DNA of 64,000 nucleotides from Trichodelitschia bisporula (Eukaryota), in NCBI GenBank assembly GCA_010356995.1, contig ML996688.1:1648579-1712578 (forward strand). Reading direction: 5' to 3'. Each line of letters starts with the position of its first letter. Positions within the stretch are counted from its first letter, which is position 1. The position numbers and the translations under genes were made by a program. Below are positions 60,283 through 64,000 of this stretch, one piece after another. Below the pieces are notes generated by a model that was not told the origin of the DNA, did not search any database, and was given only the letters and a program-made list of their open reading frames with translations.

Positions 60283-61654
60283 TGGTATCAGATGATTGGG
60301 ATGGAACACGTTCAACAAGTATATAATCTAGGCAAAACATGCTGCCGTGGGTTGGTTCGGATGACATCACGCCGTCATGGTCTGGAGGACGTATGCTGAA
60401 AGACTGGATATGGGATAGGCCGACTAGGATGCGGAAAAATTTCTTACTGTGGGCGTTCGGCTAAGGGCTTGGGCATGGCTATCGGTCCGAACGACAGCGC
60501 ACTGTGCTCCGCTGTCGATGGGAAGGGCCCACGTGGATCGAGCAAGGACAAACACAGCGCTCGAAGCTGAACTTTCTGTTAAGGTCGATCATGTTCACCC
60601 TCTAGTCCGCAGTTCTCGCCTTCCAAGCATCTAGCGATCCTATACGACTTTCAACACCACCTGTCATAGCGCGATATGCATACCATCTCTCTGTCTGCCT
60701 CCGCCGAACGTCGTCAACTGCATCCACTCCTAAAATTCTGCGAATAAAAGTCTACAATCACCATCATATCTGGTTAGGCGATCGCTCAGACGCGCCGCTC
60801 GCGTGCCGACCATCCAGAAGAAGCATCGACTATTCACATCGGCCTGCAAGTGCGGGAGCGCTAATGGTACCTGCAGTACCCCAGATCCGCACAATGGACG
60901 CGCGCCTGTGGATGAATGCCACAATACAAATGGCCGCAGCGGCAAAGGGCCATGGAGAGTGGACGCCTGCGCGCTCAAGGAGGGAATTCGACGCGTGCCC
61001 TGAAAGCTGACGGAGCGATGAGCGAATCTGCTGATGCACGTATTTGATACGACCAGACGTATCCTTTCGGCTCTTGTCCAGTCCGCTGGCACGACAACCA
61101 GTCGAGCTGCGCTCGCTGTACTGGCTGTCGATAAAGCGCCAGTTGTACCCACTTCCTTCCGCCAGCTTTCGCCCCATCTCAACATTCTGTCTGCAGTCTG
61201 AGCAGACTCGAGCCATCAATCCGATCTGATGAAACGCACACCCCATCTCCATTTTTGCACTCGGCGTTCGCCGCTTTTGGCTGGCTGACGCATTGACCAT
61301 CCCCCCAGTCGAAGCGTACTGTATTATGTCAGCAATGAGCCTTCACGTTCCCACAACTCCTGGAGACCTCATCTTCTCTGCAAACCCGACCTTCTCACCA
61401 CCCCGTTACCTCAACCCACACGGCGAGCCTTGACAAACATTTGCATCGCGTGTCAAATCCGCTGCGCAATCGGGCCCGTTGTGTCCGCGAGCGTCTGCAG
61501 TGGGTGTCACATCCGGGCTGACCGGTTCAACACCTCCTCTCTCCGCCTCATCCTTCCCTTGCTTCTCTATCTCATCCACAACGCATCTGTATGAGAATCG
61601 CGGTACCGCAGCCGGTATCTCACTGTCCTTATCCCTAGCGGTCCTCGTCCCTAG

Positions 61655-64000
61655 ATGCTGATGGCTGAGGGCCGCAAGCGCGCCGCCGAAGACGCAGCGG
61701 CGATCAAGCCCCACAAGCGGCGCGAGGTCAGCGCACATAACAACGTGGCCACCAACGACAGCGCAGCGGCCGATGGCCACCACAACGATGTGATCAAGTT
61801 CGGAACTGCCGGCGCTGCCTGGCAAGTCGATCTCGAGGTATGCGTCTTGTATCCTGGGTGGCGTTGTGCATCGCGGGCAAACTGACGTCGCTCCAGACCT
61901 TCCAGAAAGATGCCATTATGCGCCAGATGCGTGAGCTGAAGCGCGAGAAGCAGGTCCTCGAACAGCAGCTGAAGGCCGTGCAGGAGCGCTCGGAGTTCCA
62001 TGACGAGCACTTGCGCGTTATCGATGCGTGGCTCGCTCAGGTTAGTCACGCGCATTATCTACACGGATGGTCCTCACTCTCGTAGTTGATAGATGAAGTC
62101 AAGGTTGCTGTGGGCAAGACTGAGGACTCCACCAAAGGTTTGATCCCGGTCCATGCGGTATGCTCTAGCTAATGCACCGGCAGATATCCTCCCTTCTGCG
62201 CTCTACACCGCCGATGGTATCAACTTCCGTGAGCGTCTGTCCGCTGTCTCTGAGGAGGTTAAGGCCGTCATCGCCGCCCTGTACTCTAATCTGCCCGATG
62301 CGCCTCCAGAAACGGTTCAGCTCCAGAAACGCGTGAACGAACTGCTTGCGGCCGAGAAGGGTCATATCGCGGAACTGAAGCGCATGACTGTTGAGAGACA
62401 CAATTTGGACGAGCGCCTTGAACTTGCATCATTCAGATACCTGCGCGCTGAGCGGACACTGGACCGCAACAGGAGCAAAGCCGTCTCAAGTGTTGAGATG
62501 CAAGGCCACCATCAGTCATCTGTCTCTCAGTCGGAGAATAAGCCGGAAACTACAAACGGGGTCCACGAAGTCTTGAGCGAGGATGCGCTGCGTGAGCACT
62601 CAGAGGCGGTTGCGACAGCTGCAAAGGTCAAGGAGCAGCTCGCCGCCCTGGAAGCGGACAACACCAAGTTATCCAAGGAGGTCACAATACACAAGGCCAA
62701 GCTGGAGAGCCTCTCGGACGAAGACTTCGCCCAAACGGAACTTTTCAAGGTCATGAAGGCACAGTTGGAGGACAGCTTCAACAAGCTCAACGACCTGGAG
62801 GCTACCCATATCCAGCTCCGGGAGGAGGCCAAGAAACTTCATTCCGAGCGCACGGCGTACCGAATGCAGGTTGATGAGGAGTGTCGGGTTGCCGTTGCGC
62901 GCGCGGACGAGCAGGCAGTTAAAGCCGATACTGACCTCCAGCGCATCCGGGCTACCCGTGATGAGCTGGCAGCCACCAACGACGTGCTCAGGCAGTCCTT
63001 AACCAAGTACGAAGAGCCTCTCAAACTGCAGGAGGACCTGAACAAGGGCAGCCAGCATCGCATCGAGGCACTTGAGGCCGAGGTCGAGCGGTTGAAGGTG
63101 CAGGCGGGCGAGGTTCAACCAGAAGAGGGCGAAATCGCCAAGTACGAGAAGCTCGGATTCGAAGCCGTCTGCGCCGAACTTGTGAATCTGAAGAAGTCAT
63201 ACTCGCTTCTGAACACCGAGCTTCAGTCGATGGAGCAGGCGTACAAGAAGGCGCAAACCCTGGCTTTTGGAAAGATTAAGGAGTTCATCGAAAGCGAAAC
63301 AAAAGCAGCCAAGGCGGCTGCTGATAAGGCAAAAGCGGACCAGAAGTACTTTGCAACAATGAAAGTCAAGGAGGCATATGAGATGGAACTTCGGGCGCTC
63401 AGGAAGCACAACAAGCAGAGCTCCGGTCTCATCGCCGCCATCAAAGACAGGGAGGCGAAGCGTCTCGAACAATGTGCACAACTTGAGAGGCAGGTGGCGG
63501 AGCTTCGCGATGCGATAGGCGTCATGACTCGGGAGCATCAGGCGCTGGAGCGCAAGGGAACGGATGCTACGACACTTTCGGAGGGCCTCTCGACACAAGT
63601 CAAGAAGCTGCGCGAGTCGCTGGAGGAGAAGGATGCTGCGTTGCGTGCCGTTGAGACCGCGAAGCGTGAGGTGGATGCGGATATTGAGGGTCTCAAGTCC
63701 AAGGTCGATTCGTTGAAGAAGAAGGCAGAGGAATGGCGCAATCGTGCGAGGAGCAACCCTACCGAGGAGGTTGAAATGCTCCGGGTAAGTTCCAAGCCAT
63801 CCGTTCTGATATTTCGTATTTCTAACTGCTATGAAGCGCGTTGCCTACTGCGGCACCTGCCAGCGCAACCTTAAGGACACCATCCTCCGGACATGCAACC
63901 ACCTTCTCTGCAAAGAGTGCGTCCAGGAGCGCATCAGCAACCGCATGCGCAAGTGTCCGATCTGCATGAAGCCCTTCGGAATCAACGACCACGCGACCGT
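61655..64000 (+). CDS. BRE1: E3 ubiquitin ligase Bre1 (histone H2B), 3' end outside window
   Basis: MAEGRKRAAED, FQKDAIMRQMRELKREK, HLRVIDAWLAQ, long coiled coil, KAKADQKYFATMK, RING CGTC...CNHLLCKEC...RKCPIC after intron ~63785-63836. Confidence 0.93.

Noticed and set aside
60730..61300. Minus-strand 150-aa ORFs upstream of BRE1
   Set aside because: No domain or convincing splice model; probably promoter or UTR sequence

Overview
Eukaryotic DNA from a filamentous ascomycete (Pezizomycotina-like): short GT-AG introns with CTRAC branch sites and compact gene spacing. About 23 intron-containing protein genes were reconstructed by hand. They are a WHIM1-type chromatin protein (5' partial), MMM1, an SDR, a membrane protein, RAD14, PHO88/SND3, an N2227 methyltransferase, an MFS monocarboxylate transporter, a TLC-like membrane protein, a TauD dioxygenase, a signal-peptide-bearing SET protein, RPL33, the P5B ATPase YPK9, the Srk1/Rck2 kinase, a DUF3445 protein, GET4, FAF1, two spliced orphan genes, a three-gene copper module and BRE1 (3' partial). 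The window also holds a decayed ATP-grasp ligase gene, tRNA-Gly(CCC) and an intron-containing tRNA-Met(CAT). The best candidate for a system is a linked copper-acquisition module at 53.2-59.7 kb. It comprises a GPI-anchored His-brace Bim1/X325-type protein, a Ctr copper transporter, and a divergently transcribed Fre-family metalloreductase with a Met-rich N-terminus and a Cys-cluster insertion. Other notable items: a ~270-nt fold-back hairpin near 38.6 kb, a probable 51-nt cassette exon in the kinase, a 62-nt poly(C) tract, a 25-bp minisatellite, and a segment of anomalous dinucleotide composition near 51-52 kb. All family assignments come from motif recognition, not database searches.
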